A DNA stretch of 41,033 nt from IMG/VR virus record IMGVR_UViG_2541047701_000006; one strand, 5' to 3'. Source of the DNA: a virus (taxonomy: Duplodnaviria; Heunggongvirae; Uroviricota; Caudoviricetes). The notes beneath the pieces are model-generated. The model did not search any database. It was not told the DNA's origin and worked only from the letters and a program-made list of their open reading frames with translations. A program made the translations under genes and the position numbers. Positions 1 through 9,003 of the stretch are shown piece by piece. Numbering within the stretch: the stretch's first letter is position 1; each line of letters begins with the position of its first letter.

Positions 1-462
1 ATGCTGGGTGATTGTTTCCCTCCTGATTTTAAGGCTAATTTTAGTCGTGAAAGAGGTATATCACCCGGTGATGTATTGTATCTTCATTGTGATTTTACGA
101 CCCCACCTAAAGTAAAATATATGGTGGTTGTTTGCTGTGAACCTCTTTTAGTTCTTCTAATAAATTCAGATATAAATGAATTTATTAAGAGAAACAATGA
201 TCTTATGGCTTGTCAGGTCGAAATTAATAGAGAGGACCATGATTTTCTTAAATGGGACTCATTTGTTAATTGCATTGAGGCTCATGCTGCTTTCGATCTT
301 GAAATTATTAAAGAGAAAATAGCCATCCAATATGGTGACGTGCTAAAAGGTCGCATTACAGATCATTGTATGAGACAAGTTCGATGTGCAGTTGAGATAT
401 CTAAAACTATGGTTAAACGGCATAAAAAACTGATACTCGCTGCTCTTCAACATTATGAATAA
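1..462 (+). CDS. Hypothetical protein, AT-rich orphan (cargo candidate)
   Basis: 153-aa ORF starting with ATG at nt 1; visibly lower GC than flanking phage genes; hairpin terminator directly downstream; no motif recognised. Confidence 0.45.
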   Translation: MLGDCFPPDFKANFSRERGISPGDVLYLHCDFTTPPKVKYMVVVCCEPLLVLLINSDINEFIKRNNDLMACQVEINREDHDFLKWDSFVNCIEAHAAFDLEIIKEKIAIQYGDVLKGRITDHCMRQVRCAVEISKTMVKRHKKLILAALQHYE

Positions 463-482
463 ACCCATCTTTGGATGGGTTT
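461..482. terminator. Hairpin between convergent genes (AAACCCATC-TTTG-GATGGGTTT)
   Basis: Perfect 9-bp inverted repeat with 4-nt loop immediately after the stop at 460-462; weak T-tract. Confidence 0.45.
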
Positions 483-495
483 ATTCATATTCTAT

Positions 496-768
496 TTAAA
501 TGAGCCTTTGTTTATGGGTTCTGACCCTTTCCCACTCAGCACGCCCTTCTTCTCGCCTTTTGTCTATGTATTCCGCAAGATCCTGAATATTGATGCAACG
601 TTTTGCTTTTTGTGATGTGCCGATGCGATATGTTGGAACGGGCAACTTACAAGCGTTTGCTTTTGCTTCTGCCGTGGCTGGACTCATGCCAAAGTACTTT
701 TGGCTAACTGCTGAGAGTTCAATGTTAGGGGTATTGAATTCAGCCATCAGTAAAAACAAGGTATTCAT
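496..768 (-). CDS. PrtN/AlpA-like small DNA-binding protein (possible excisionase or transcriptional activator)
   Basis: Translation MNTLFLLMAEF...KYFGMSPATAEAKA...LPVPTYRIG resembles the pyocin-activator/excisionase-like family from memory; GGAG 6 nt upstream of ATG at 768; track ORF extends to 795. Confidence 0.5.
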   Translation of the reverse strand: MNTLFLLMAEFNTPNIELSAVSQKYFGMSPATAEAKANACKLPVPTYRIGTSQKAKRCINIQDLAEYIDKRREEGRAEWERVRTHKQRLI

Positions 769-804
769 AATTTTCTCCATCAAAACCGGCTGCACCCGGG
801 AAAA

Positions 805-1380
805 TCATAATTCTGTGCTGGTGGCAGGAATTAATTTCTGCCAGATAGCGGAAACATATTTTGCCTGATGACGGGCATCGGCTAGGGCGTTGTGCCGTTC
901 GCCATCGAAAGGCATGTCCATTTTGGGGTCGAATCCGATGGAACGCCCAAGCGTAACGATCGTGCGTACATCGTGGTCATTCCAGTATGCCCACGGGCAG
1001 ATTTGTCCTGCTCGCTCATAAGCTCCACGTAAAATTACGTTGTCGAAGGTGGCCCCGTTACCCCAGACTTTTAAATATTTCGTATTGGCTGCGTGCCGGT
1101 TAATGAAATGATTTAGTTCTGAGAGAGCATCGCTGATCGACAAAGTATCATCAATACAGATTGCAGCTCGTGCTTCAGGGCTTTGTTTCAACCACCACAG
1201 GATGGTATCGCCGTCAGGTGTAGCTCCTTGCCCCATAGCACTTTCCAGGCTAACAACCGTATAGAATTCTTGTCCGATGTCTCCGGTTTCTGGAGTGAAG
1301 AACACCGCGCCAATGGAAACGATCGGTGCATCCTTATTTTTCCCCATCGTCTCAAGGTCGATCATTAAGTTGTTCATCAC
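805..1380 (-). CDS. Phage 3'-5' exonuclease (DnaQ/DEDD-like)
   Basis: N-terminal IDLETMG motif and overall DEDD-exonuclease-like translation; first gene-sized ORF of the leftward early operon. Confidence 0.6.
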   Translation of the reverse strand: MMNNLMIDLETMGKNKDAPIVSIGAVFFTPETGDIGQEFYTVVSLESAMGQGATPDGDTILWWLKQSPEARAAICIDDTLSISDALSELNHFINRHAANTKYLKVWGNGATFDNVILRGAYERAGQICPWAYWNDHDVRTIVTLGRSIGFDPKMDMPFDGERHNALADARHQAKYVSAIWQKLIPATSTEL

Positions 1381-2393
1381 TTCACCTCCTGCGGCGGTTC
1401 CGGTAGCGGCATCCAGTGAGTTGCTTGCTCAATACCATTACCCGGCTTAATCGTTGCATCTCCGCGCCGAAAGGTGCTTCCGGTATAGCGTGCGGAGCAT
1501 ATTAGCGGTTCAACCAGAGAGCTATCGAAATTCACCGAAATAAGCACGTTCTGGCCCTTTTCAGGCATTCGATCACTACAGCTTATCCAACTATCCGGAG
1601 TTCCCGGAGAGTTGCCATTTACATCGAAGTTTGGCTCTGCGTCCTGAACCAGGAGGATGTAACCATTCTTGGCTGTATCAAGTTCTAACGCCTCGGTGAC
1701 GGTGCCGAAATAGCGATTACCTAAATCAGCATCACAAGTGCTTACATCAATGGAAACTTCCATGCCTTCGATTAATTCTGGCAAGTTGTAAGTTTGGCTT
1801 ACAGGTTGGCTACCCTGAAGCATGGCAGCGTGGCAGGCTTCATCAACCATAGCTTCTACGTTTTCGAGAAGTACGTAACTGTACTGCTGCCCACTAACCC
1901 ATTCTTTTCTGCGAGGTAATGCGCGTGGGTCCGCTACAATGGTTCGCAAACGTTCCAGAACAGCAGGCACTACCGGCTCTACTGCCAACTGACTGGCATA
2001 TTTGTTAATGGTAACGATAAGCTCTTGCTCTGCCTCATCCAGACAATCACCGATACCTCGCCTGTCACCGTCAAAATCATCGAAATCGGCGCGAATCCTG
2101 GCAACCTCCCGGATTGCGGACAACACCTCATCAGGAATTACCGGTACTGGCTGGGCTATATATAGCGGCTGAACATACCAGCCATTCGATAACCAACTGT
2201 CAGCAATGTTTTTACTCCGGGTTATTGCCGGAATACCTAAGCCGTTGTCTGAATGCAGCCAGGCCACCGGTTCTGCTTCCAGCGAGGCTAACGCTATTTC
2301 ATAAGCCCGGCGCTCAATATTGTCTCGAACGTCCAGGCTGCCTATGCGCTCTTTGATTTCTTTAATCAGTTCTTTGTCGGTGAACGTTGTCAT
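1377..2393 (-). CDS. DUF551-domain phage protein
   Basis: C-terminal W-rich segment ending THWMPLPEPP typical of DUF551; start overlaps next gene; N-terminus MTTFTDKELIKEI shared with ORF 3163-3444. Confidence 0.55.
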   Translation of the reverse strand: MTTFTDKELIKEIKERIGSLDVRDNIERRAYEIALASLEAEPVAWLHSDNGLGIPAITRSKNIADSWLSNGWYVQPLYIAQPVPVIPDEVLSAIREVARIRADFDDFDGDRRGIGDCLDEAEQELIVTINKYASQLAVEPVVPAVLERLRTIVADPRALPRRKEWVSGQQYSYVLLENVEAMVDEACHAAMLQGSQPVSQTYNLPELIEGMEVSIDVSTCDADLGNRYFGTVTEALELDTAKNGYILLVQDAEPNFDVNGNSPGTPDSWISCSDRMPEKGQNVLISVNFDSSLVEPLICSARYTGSTFRRGDATIKPGNGIEQATHWMPLPEPPQEVK

Positions 2394-2403
2394 GTGTTAG
2401 TCC

Positions 2404-2667
2404 TTAACCCGCTGTGCTTTCAACTGACGAGGGGAACAAAATCTTTTCTTCAAATCCGGCATTCATATCATGGACAGCAACACACCAATCCATTGACGAA
2501 CGATTATCAAGAGCCTCCATGATTTCATCCATGCGGCGTAGGTCATACAGGTAAATGTTTTTATCGCCAATGGTGTAAAAACCAATTTTTTTCGGTGACG
2601 GGCAGCGATCAAGAACGTTCTGTAATTCGCTCAACCATGCCTGTTCCTTTTTTGTCAAAGTTGCCAT
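2404..2667 (-). CDS. Hypothetical phage protein
   Basis: 87-aa ORF starting MATLTKK; start sits in the repeated junction (AAGGAGAGTGATATGG) so the RBS lies in the upstream gene's last codons. Confidence 0.5.
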   Translation of the reverse strand: MATLTKKEQAWLSELQNVLDRCPSPKKIGFYTIGDKNIYLYDLRRMDEIMEALDNRSSMDWCVAVHDMNAGFEEKILFPSSVESTAG

Positions 2668-2668
2668 A

Positions 2669-3160
2669 TCACTCTCCTTTGATGCGAATGCCAGTGGTAC
2701 TCATTCTCCTGATTTCCCAGAGCACACGAGGAACACCACCGTTTCCGATCGGATCGCGTTTACTCCGCAGGGCGACGCTTGATTCCGCCCAGTTTTTTCT
2801 TGGAGGAAGCTCTTTCACACGAACAAAACCAGCTGCGCGAAGAGATGCTCCTGATTCATCTGCCTGGGTGTACGTAATACAACGTTGATAACCCATAGCT
2901 TTTGCTGCCCGCCAGACAGCACCATAAAGCGCGCTGTTAGCGTTGCGTTCTCCTGTGGTACATGTGCGATTTACTTCAAGCGTTAATCCATCGTCCAAAT
3001 GTCGTGCAACAGGTCGACCAGCTGTCGCCACACCTATCAATTCTCCGGCATCATTTATCAGACCAATGCTGAATTTATGCCCAACAGGTGGTTTATTGTG
3101 TCGGTGATGTCTGGATATAAACGCCTTCGCAACACGAAGAGTAACCGGTGAAATTTGCAT
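2669..3160 (-). CDS. Hypothetical phage protein
   Basis: ORF ending IRIKGE; start set at MQISP (ATG at 3160) 2 nt after the upstream TGA, RBS AAGGAGAG inside the upstream gene; track ORF extends to 3199. Confidence 0.5.
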   Translation of the reverse strand: MQISPVTLRVAKAFISRHHRHNKPPVGHKFSIGLINDAGELIGVATAGRPVARHLDDGLTLEVNRTCTTGERNANSALYGAVWRAAKAMGYQRCITYTQADESGASLRAAGFVRVKELPPRKNWAESSVALRSKRDPIGNGGVPRVLWEIRRMSTTGIRIKGE

Positions 3161-3162
3161 TC

Positions 3163-3444
3163 TCACTCTCCTTTGATGCGAATGTTTACAGCCTGACAAG
3201 CCTCTTCGAGAACCCAGTCAACAGCGTCTTTCCATGCTCCGGTTTCGACTGGCGGATTTTCACGCTTAACCTGTTCATAGAAGCGCACCGCTTTAACCAA
3301 TCCTTCTGGTGTCAGTGGCACAGGCGGGGCAGTGAATAACGCCTGAATTTCATAGTTCGGCCTGTCGTTGCAGTCTTCTTTTGTCGGTACGTATTTCCAG
3401 TCACTGATTTCTTTAATCAGTTCTTTGTCGGTGAACGTTGTCAT
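3163..3444 (-). CDS. Hypothetical phage protein (shares N-terminal module with 1377-2393 gene)
   Basis: 93-aa ORF MTTFTDKELIKEI..., ends NIRIKGE; about 50 bp at its start is repeated at 2350-2405. Confidence 0.5.
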   Translation of the reverse strand: MTTFTDKELIKEISDWKYVPTKEDCNDRPNYEIQALFTAPPVPLTPEGLVKAVRFYEQVKRENPPVETGAWKDAVDWVLEEACQAVNIRIKGE

Positions 3445-3447
3445 GTG

Positions 3448-3735
3448 TTAGTCCTCATCCACTTCAACGCCATCTTTCAGCGTGATGCCGTGCCAATCAT
3501 CAGCCCAACTGGTTAGCCCTGGCGCATCAATGCTAGGCATATAGACGCTTGCAGTGTGGTAGCCCTTATCGTTATCAATGCTGGCAACGTGCTCGCCGTT
3601 GTATGCGCTCAGCGTGTCCAGGACGCTATAAAACTTTCCTCCGGCTGCCCTGAAATCCTTTACAGCCTTCACAAGGCGATTCCACGCTTTTTCCTGTTCT
3701 GGCGTCAGGTCGATTAATTCCTGCAAAGTTGCCAT
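3448..3735 (-). CDS. Hypothetical phage protein
   Basis: Start set at MATLQELIDL (ATG at 3735) using the same junction/RBS repeat; track ORF extends to 3897 overlapping the upstream gene. Confidence 0.5.
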   Translation of the reverse strand: MATLQELIDLTPEQEKAWNRLVKAVKDFRAAGGKFYSVLDTLSAYNGEHVASIDNDKGYHTASVYMPSIDAPGLTSWADDWHGITLKDGVEVDED

Positions 3736-3736
3736 A

Positions 3737-4300
3737 TCACTCTCCTTTGATGCGAATGCCAGCGGCGCGCTCGGCTTCACTTTGTTCCCAAAACCACTTG
3801 TGAAGCGCCATAAGTTTTTCGTCAATCGGTGCATATTTGCGATTAAAGTAGGCCTGAGCATCTTTCTCAGATTCGTCCGGTAATTCGCCTGGGCCAAACA
3901 GTGTGTTATAAATCCATGCCAGTCCGCTCTTAGCGTCGCCAGTTGCCTGCCATTCGATAATGGCAGCCTGCATGACCAGAATGTTTTTCCCGATTAATAG
4001 GTCCAGTTCTTTGTACCGGTTGCGGATGTATGCATTCTCGCTTTGTAATTCAGCGTTTCGCTTCTCTGCTGCTTCCAGCTCATCCAGCAGCGCCAAGACG
4101 GTGGCAGGATTGGCGGCGGCTATGAATCGTTTATTGGCGCGATTATCTGGTCCTGAGCATGATGCTATGTAGTAATTGGCGTTCAGTCCGGCATCGGCAA
4201 TTACTCCATGGTAGTCATCAGCACACCATTCGCCTGGTGTTGCATTTTCTGCCGCCAGTCGCAGAGACTGATAGTTAATCTCGCTCACTGGTTGCCTCAT
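3737..4300 (-). CDS. Ead/Ea22-like protein
   Basis: N-terminal INYQSLRLAAENATPGEW and central coiled coil resemble the Ea22-like family of lambdoid early-left regions; ends GIRIKGE. Confidence 0.55.
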   Translation of the reverse strand: MRQPVSEINYQSLRLAAENATPGEWCADDYHGVIADAGLNANYYIASCSGPDNRANKRFIAAANPATVLALLDELEAAEKRNAELQSENAYIRNRYKELDLLIGKNILVMQAAIIEWQATGDAKSGLAWIYNTLFGPGELPDESEKDAQAYFNRKYAPIDEKLMALHKWFWEQSEAERAAGIRIKGE

Positions 4301-4524
4301 TTACGGATCTGCGCTGCGATGCGCGAAAAAAAAGACTCCCGCGTATGACTGTTAAGAGCTGGCGCGAACGCTGCGTTAAGAACGGCAGCATCACAGCCGT
4401 CATCGATATAGAGCGCAATTTTTTTCTCCAGGCGCGCTTTGGCTTCCTGCAACTGCATACCCCGGCACGCACGCGGGATATACTCAGCAATTTGAGCGAT
4501 AGATTTTTCGTTCTGTTTAAACAT
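4297..4524 (-). CDS. Hypothetical phage protein
   Basis: 75-aa ORF overlapping its neighbours by 4-8 nt in an operon. Confidence 0.45.
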   Translation of the reverse strand: MFKQNEKSIAQIAEYIPRACRGMQLQEAKARLEKKIALYIDDGCDAAVLNAAFAPALNSHTRESFFSRIAAQIRK

Positions 4525-4720
4525 GCTTCACCTCGATAGGCTTGATGCTGTCGATCAGCAGTCGGCGGCGCGTATTTTCTGCAAAGTGGCGGCGTCCGGT
4601 TTCTTTGTGGTAAAACTCGTTTTTTCCGACGACCCACATCCGCTTTGTCTGGTGCAGTTTTTTTACCTGCGGACCGTCTCGGGTGATAACAATTCCTGTA
4701 TGAGTTTTTATCACGCTCAT
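4517..4720 (-). CDS. Hypothetical phage protein
   Basis: 67-aa basic ORF, overlapping starts/stops with neighbours. Confidence 0.45.
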   Translation of the reverse strand: MSVIKTHTGIVITRDGPQVKKLHQTKRMWVVGKNEFYHKETGRRHFAENTRRRLLIDSIKPIEVKHV

Positions 4721-5079
4721 TTCTTATTCTCCGGTGCTTTCGGCATTACTGCCCAGTGAGTGATATTGACGTTTTCAAGGTCCCCGACCTGAAATGTCCA
4801 CTGCCATTCTCCGGTTTCTTTTTGTCCCCAGGTGTACCAGAGAGAACGCCAGCCAATTAGCCAGCCTTCTCCGTTAGCATCAAATAACAGAACACTTTCA
4901 TTTGCTGGTGGCAGTTCAGCTGACACTGGTATTATTTTGTTTTCCAGTTCCGCACATTTAGCTTCAAGCGCATCGAATTTACGTACCAGGTACTCAGCAT
5001 TTGTTTCGTTCACTTTCAGATCTCGCGGTACACATTTCCCGCGAAGAAACCCTTCCATTTCGAAAACATTCATGCGCAT
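4717..5079 (-). CDS. DUF551-domain protein (YfdS-like)
   Basis: GWLIGWRSLWYTWGQKETGEWQW...THWAVMP tryptophan-rich motif; 120 aa. Confidence 0.55.
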   Translation of the reverse strand: MRMNVFEMEGFLRGKCVPRDLKVNETNAEYLVRKFDALEAKCAELENKIIPVSAELPPANESVLLFDANGEGWLIGWRSLWYTWGQKETGEWQWTFQVGDLENVNITHWAVMPKAPENKK

Positions 5080-5606
5080 TTGCGTAACTCCGATAACTCG
5101 TTAAAACGTTCCATAAACATCCCGTAGGCATGGCCTGGTGACAGTGGAATAACTTTGAACATCTCTGTCGCCGGGATACCTTCCAGTACAGGCCAGAAAG
5201 AGCCATCATCAAGCCCGAGATCGCGGCGTTCGGTTGCCAGCATAATGAGATCGGCATATTTCACTGGCGTGCTCATAACAGGAGGTAACCCGTATTTCTC
5301 ACGGATTACGGCGTCTATTTTTTCTTCCATCCGTTTATAGTCAGGAAGAAGGCGTTTCAGTGGTGCGGGGATGTCCTGGCAATATGCTTCTGTTGCATCA
5401 TGCATTAACGCTTCAAAAGCAAATTCCTGCGGCACCAACTGGCTGCAAAGCACCGCATGCTGGGCGACACTGTAGAAGTGTGAAAGATGTCCTGCAAAGC
5501 GACAGATATTTGAAAGGGAAACTGCGATATCGTTAATCACGATGTCGTCTTTATTTATCTTGTCATAATAAAAATGCTTCCCGGAAAAAGTTTTAATAAA
5601 TGACAT
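5070..5606 (-). CDS. HD-domain phosphohydrolase, 5'-deoxynucleotidase-like (YfdR-like)
   Basis: HD-domain motifs (H...HD context: AQHAVL, ALMHDATEAY); 178 aa. Confidence 0.65.
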   Translation of the reverse strand: MSFIKTFSGKHFYYDKINKDDIVINDIAVSLSNICRFAGHLSHFYSVAQHAVLCSQLVPQEFAFEALMHDATEAYCQDIPAPLKRLLPDYKRMEEKIDAVIREKYGLPPVMSTPVKYADLIMLATERRDLGLDDGSFWPVLEGIPATEMFKVIPLSPGHAYGMFMERFNELSELRKCA

Positions 5607-5734
5607 TTCGTTCTCTACTTTATATGCGCTGCACCGCGTTGAATTCTGCTAAAAGGAAGCTCTCACCATCCGGTGATTATTGAGTTAATTACGTTTCCAT
5701 AAATGCCCCCGCAGGGGCATTTGCAGTAATGAAA

Positions 5735-6559
5735 TCAGGCGGTGAAAGTACCAATAAAGGTTTCTACTTTGCTGTCTTTGAATTTCTCAACAAGCAGATC
5801 ACGAAATTCGTTAGCCATTTCTTCCTGCACCGCTTCCAGCTGAATAATGCGCAGAACCAGTACAGGACGATCGCCAGTGATAATGCTGAGTCGTAATTTA
5901 AACGGACGTTCTTTCAGGCCTTCAAATGGAACGCATTTAAATTCAAATGCCACTGGCATAATGTCTTTGGTCTTCGCTTCGACAGATTCCATCAGGGAGC
6001 GTTTGCCGCTGAAGTCATTATCTTCAAAATCAGCGGTCTGGTTTGCTTCAATCGTGATTTTACGGATTGCCGCAGCCGCTTTTGTTGCCTGAATGGCGTC
6101 ACCATTAGCATCAAAGCCCACAAGGTAGTCGGCCCAGTCTTCAATCCATTCTGCCAGTGATTTCTGGGAGTTACGCTCGCCGTTAACAGACAACAGGGCA
6201 GAGAACGGTGCTGTCTTTTTCAGTTTGAGAGTGGCAGTGTTATCTGCGTGACCTGGTTCATCAATAGTACCCAGGTTAAGCACACTGACGGCACGCATAT
6301 TATCGGCATCGATAAAGCAGCGGGTGCCTTCATCTGCAAGATCTTTAGAATAACGGGTAAAGTCATCGATACTGGCAGTGGAAAGCGCACCACGGAAACG
6401 GAAGCGATTTAAATTAAATTTTTCCAGATCATGAATGCGGAAATTTTCAGGTAATACCACTGCGTCGGCACCAATCTTACTGATAATTTCATTAACACCC
6501 TGAGCAGAAATAAGGGCATGGATTTGATTAATTGCGGTTGCGTCTAAGTTCTGAGACAT
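5735..6559 (-). CDS. DUF2303 family protein (YfdQ-like)
   Basis: 274-aa [15 protein letters not shown]...; length and position match the YfdQ-type protein as recalled; RBS GTGAGGA upstream. Confidence 0.55.
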   Translation of the reverse strand: MSQNLDATAINQIHALISAQGVNEIISKIGADAVVLPENFRIHDLEKFNLNRFRFRGALSTASIDDFTRYSKDLADEGTRCFIDADNMRAVSVLNLGTIDEPGHADNTATLKLKKTAPFSALLSVNGERNSQKSLAEWIEDWADYLVGFDANGDAIQATKAAAAIRKITIEANQTADFEDNDFSGKRSLMESVEAKTKDIMPVAFEFKCVPFEGLKERPFKLRLSIITGDRPVLVLRIIQLEAVQEEMANEFRDLLVEKFKDSKVETFIGTFTA

Positions 6560-6624
6560 AATAAGTCCTCACTATATAAAGATATTCAGTTATGAGATAA
6601 ATAATCGGTTAATTAAGAACGATA

Positions 6625-6987
6625 TTAATGACCTGCTGCGCGGAGTTTTCCGTCAGGTTCACCGGCAAGAGTCAGTAATTGTCCCTGGTCTTCCTGCAGA
6701 ATAGTCAGGCGACCACCGCGATTGACATACATCGGCGTTTCGGTGGTGTCTTCTTCGGAAATTTTCCCGCGGTTAGTCGGGCGAACATATGAGAGTTTGT
6801 GTTTGATTTTTACACGGTTCTCATCAAATGGTTCGATTTCCAGGTTGAGTGAGACCTTACCTTTGGTTTTCGTGTTCATCACACCTGAAGCGACTTCACT
6901 GAGAACTGCGCCGATTTTGGTTTCAAATACGCCGCCGTCCAGCTCCCCGATAAATGCCTGCACATCAGTACTGCGTTCGCTAGCCAT
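6625..6987 (-). CDS. Hypothetical protein (YfdP-like), first gene of leftward early operon
   Basis: Start set at MASERSTD (ATG at 6987) with AGGAG 7 nt upstream; the longer track ORF to 7173 has an implausible N-terminus. Confidence 0.5.
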   Translation of the reverse strand: MASERSTDVQAFIGELDGGVFETKIGAVLSEVASGVMNTKTKGKVSLNLEIEPFDENRVKIKHKLSYVRPTNRGKISEEDTTETPMYVNRGGRLTILQEDQGQLLTLAGEPDGKLRAAGH

Positions 6988-7329
6988 TTTGCTGCTCCTC
7001 ATCATATCGACCCTGCAAGGTCGGTTGGTTTCTCCACAAAACAGAGAAGAACACCTGCGGTGGCAGCCGCCCGGATGGATTGGGTTATGAGCCCGTCGTC
7101 CGGTGATGCTCTTCTCTGTTTTGTAAAAAGAGCGGTACCAGCCGGAAGCAAGTGTACAAACTGGTACCGCCAAAGCAGTGGCTGTTGTGGTGACCGGTGC
7201 TGATCTCCGGCTTGCGGTTATTTCAGACTCTCACGGGCGTTTAATTGCCCCGCCGAACAGCTCTTTTCCGCAATAGCTGCAATGTCTTTCGCGCATCAGC
7301 CTGCGCCTTCACCACAACTCTAAAAACAA

Positions 7330-7382
7330 ATGTAGGATATCCAACATGTGAGTGTCAAGAGTTTATGTTGGTTATCCTACAT
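7330..7382 (-). promoter_or_regulatory. Leftward early promoter/operator module (PL/OL-like)
   Basis: Two inverted copies of an 18-bp near-palindrome (ATGTAGGATATCCAACAT at 7330-7347; ATGTTGGTTATCCTACAT at 7365-7382) flanking TTGACA on the minus strand; same architecture as the module at 8117-8165. Confidence 0.5.
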
Positions 7383-7398
7383 AAAAAGATAGGCTCAT

Positions 7399-7426
7399 AA
7401 AAAAACCGGGGATACCCCGGTTTTGC
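7399..7426 (-). terminator. Rho-independent terminator after repressor gene
   Basis: AAAAAACCGGGGATACCCCGGTTTTG: GC-rich stem plus U-tract on the minus-strand transcript, just past the repressor stop. Confidence 0.55.
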
Positions 7427-7444
7427 GATAGTGAGGAAGATGTG

Positions 7445-8098
7445 TCAAAAATCCATTATTACTTGTTTGACAAGACCAACTATTCTGCAGTTCTCACCGC
7501 ATTCAATAGTTTTATAGTTAGGATTTAGTGGGACGAGATACCTGTTCGGCCAGTCCTCAACAAATTTTTTGAGTGTCGCTTCTTGCCCACCATTGATATG
7601 GGCAACAACGATTTTTCCGTTAATACACTCTGTATCAATAATATCTGGCTCTACGATAACGATAGAACCTTCTGGTATCGATGGTGAGCCGAGGGGATTG
7701 GTCATTGAATCACCACGGACCCGTAGTGCAAATGCCATTTCTGATACAAGGGCGGTAGTATAAACCCACTCTTCAGCATCTTCTTTCCTGACACCAGGCT
7801 CCGTCATTGTCCATGAACCCGCCTGAACCCACGAGATGAGGGGGACTTTTTTAACTGCGAATATTTCAGGTTTTAGATTTATCTTTGGTTCAGGCGAGCC
7901 TTTTCCGCTAACAAGCCACAGAGGATCGCATTTAAGTGCGTTGGCTAGGGCTTGAAGGTTGGCTCCATTTGGTTGGTAGTCGTCCTTTTCCCATCCAGTA
8001 ACCGTGACACGGTTCACACCAGTCAAATCAGCCAGTGCTTGTTGTGTCAGGTTCAGTTCTTTTCGCCTTTGGCGAATACGATCACTCATGTTCATCAT
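7445..8098 (-). CDS. CI-like prophage repressor (HTH_XRE N-terminus, S24/LexA-type autopeptidase C-terminus)
   Basis: N-terminal HTH (LTQQALADLTGVNRVTVTGWE); C-terminal S24 signature (RVRGDSM serine, ATLKKF lysine); first ATG at 8098, track ORF starts at a TTG at 8122. Confidence 0.8.
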   Translation of the reverse strand: MMNMSDRIRQRRKELNLTQQALADLTGVNRVTVTGWEKDDYQPNGANLQALANALKCDPLWLVSGKGSPEPKINLKPEIFAVKKVPLISWVQAGSWTMTEPGVRKEDAEEWVYTTALVSEMAFALRVRGDSMTNPLGSPSIPEGSIVIVEPDIIDTECINGKIVVAHINGGQEATLKKFVEDWPNRYLVPLNPNYKTIECGENCRIVGLVKQVIMDF

Positions 8099-8116
8099 GT
8101 AGGCAATCCTACCACA

Positions 8117-8165
8117 TGCCAATGTAGGATTCTTGACATTGACATGTTGGATATCCTACATTTCT
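8117..8165 (+). promoter_or_regulatory. Rightward early promoter/operator module (PR/OR-like)
   Basis: Tandem TTGACA hexamers overlapped by operator ATGTTGGATATCCTACAT (8143-8160) and a partial copy at 8121-8134; between divergent repressor and cro-like genes. Confidence 0.5.
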
Positions 8166-8193
8166 GCTTAACGTAATTTAACGGGAGACAGAA

Positions 8194-8391
8194 ATGCGGA
8201 AATCCGACGTGATTAATTATTTCGGCGGAGTTTGTAAAACCGCCGAAGCCCTAGGTATTAAGCATCCGTCTGTTTCAGAGTGGCCTGAGATTATTCCTGA
8301 AGGCCGAGCGTACCAGTTAGAAAAAATTACTAACGGGAAACTGAAAGTTGACGTGTCTTTATATCAAAAGACTAACAGTGCTGCGGCATAA
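8194..8391 (+). CDS. Cro-like repressor (YdaS-type HTH)
   Basis: 65-aa ORF divergent from the repressor; position and size typical of Cro; RBS GGGAGA. Confidence 0.65.
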   Translation: MRKSDVINYFGGVCKTAEALGIKHPSVSEWPEIIPEGRAYQLEKITNGKLKVDVSLYQKTNSAAA

Positions 8392-8418
8392 AAACACCAC
8401 AGAAATGAGGAATTAACC

Positions 8419-9003
8419 GTGGGTAAAGAACCTGAATGGAAAGTTGATAAACAACCAGCATGGCTGGTGGCAGCAATACGAAGAACGATTGCTGATTTAC
8501 CTCATGGCTATGAGGAAGCAGCAGAAATTCTTGGTTTGTATAAATCTGATGATATCACCCCAGCAAAAGATCAATTGCATAACAGACTGCGTAGCGGTGG
8601 GGATCAAATTTTTCCACTTGAGTGGGCCATGGTTTTACAGGATGCCAGTGGTACCAGGCATGTAACAGATGCAATAGCCTGTCGTAGTAATGGGGTGTTT
8701 GTGCCGCTGGTGGTCATTGATGACATTGACAATGGTGACATTAATCAGCGGCTGATGGAGTCAATAGAATGGATTGGCAAGCATTCCCAGTACTTACGCA
8801 AGGCAACTGCTGATGGAGTTATTGACCAGGCTGAGCGTGAGCAAATCGAAGAGAACAGCTACCAAGTAATGGCGAAGTGGCAGGAGCATTTAACACTGTT
8901 ATTTCGTGTTTTTTGTGCGCCGGAAAAGAGTAACGCCCGCGAGTGTGCAGCTCCGGGCGTCGTGGCGTCGATTGCTTCTGGTTGTGGAGAAACTAACGCA
9001 TGA
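8419..9003 (+). CDS. CII/YdaT/YmfL-like early regulator (putative)
   Basis: 194-aa ORF right after cro, GTG start with GAGGAA RBS; assignment by synteny and size, not by a motif. Confidence 0.4.
   Translation: MGKEPEWKVDKQPAWLVAAIRRTIADLPHGYEEAAEILGLYKSDDITPAKDQLHNRLRSGGDQIFPLEWAMVLQDASGTRHVTDAIACRSNGVFVPLVVIDDIDNGDINQRLMESIEWIGKHSQYLRKATADGVIDQAEREQIEENSYQVMAKWQEHLTLLFRVFCAPEKSNARECAAPGVVASIASGCGETNA

Noticed and set aside
590-5340. Plus-strand track ORFs embedded in the minus-strand early operon (e.g. 590-868, 1183-1368, 2114-2356, 2595-2888, 3148-3339, 3960-4172, 4345-4539, 4523-4759, 4832-5104, 5155-5340)
   Set aside because: Antisense to well-supported overlapping genes, with no RBS and low-complexity translations
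6625-7173. Long N-terminal extension of the YfdP-like ORF
   Set aside because: Extension is Cys/Arg-rich junk spanning the structured leader; an internal ATG at 6987 has a good RBS
8194-9003. YdaS/YdaT-type toxin-antitoxin pair
   Set aside because: Position right of a divergent S24 repressor and operator set indicates Cro and a CII-like regulator, not a TA module
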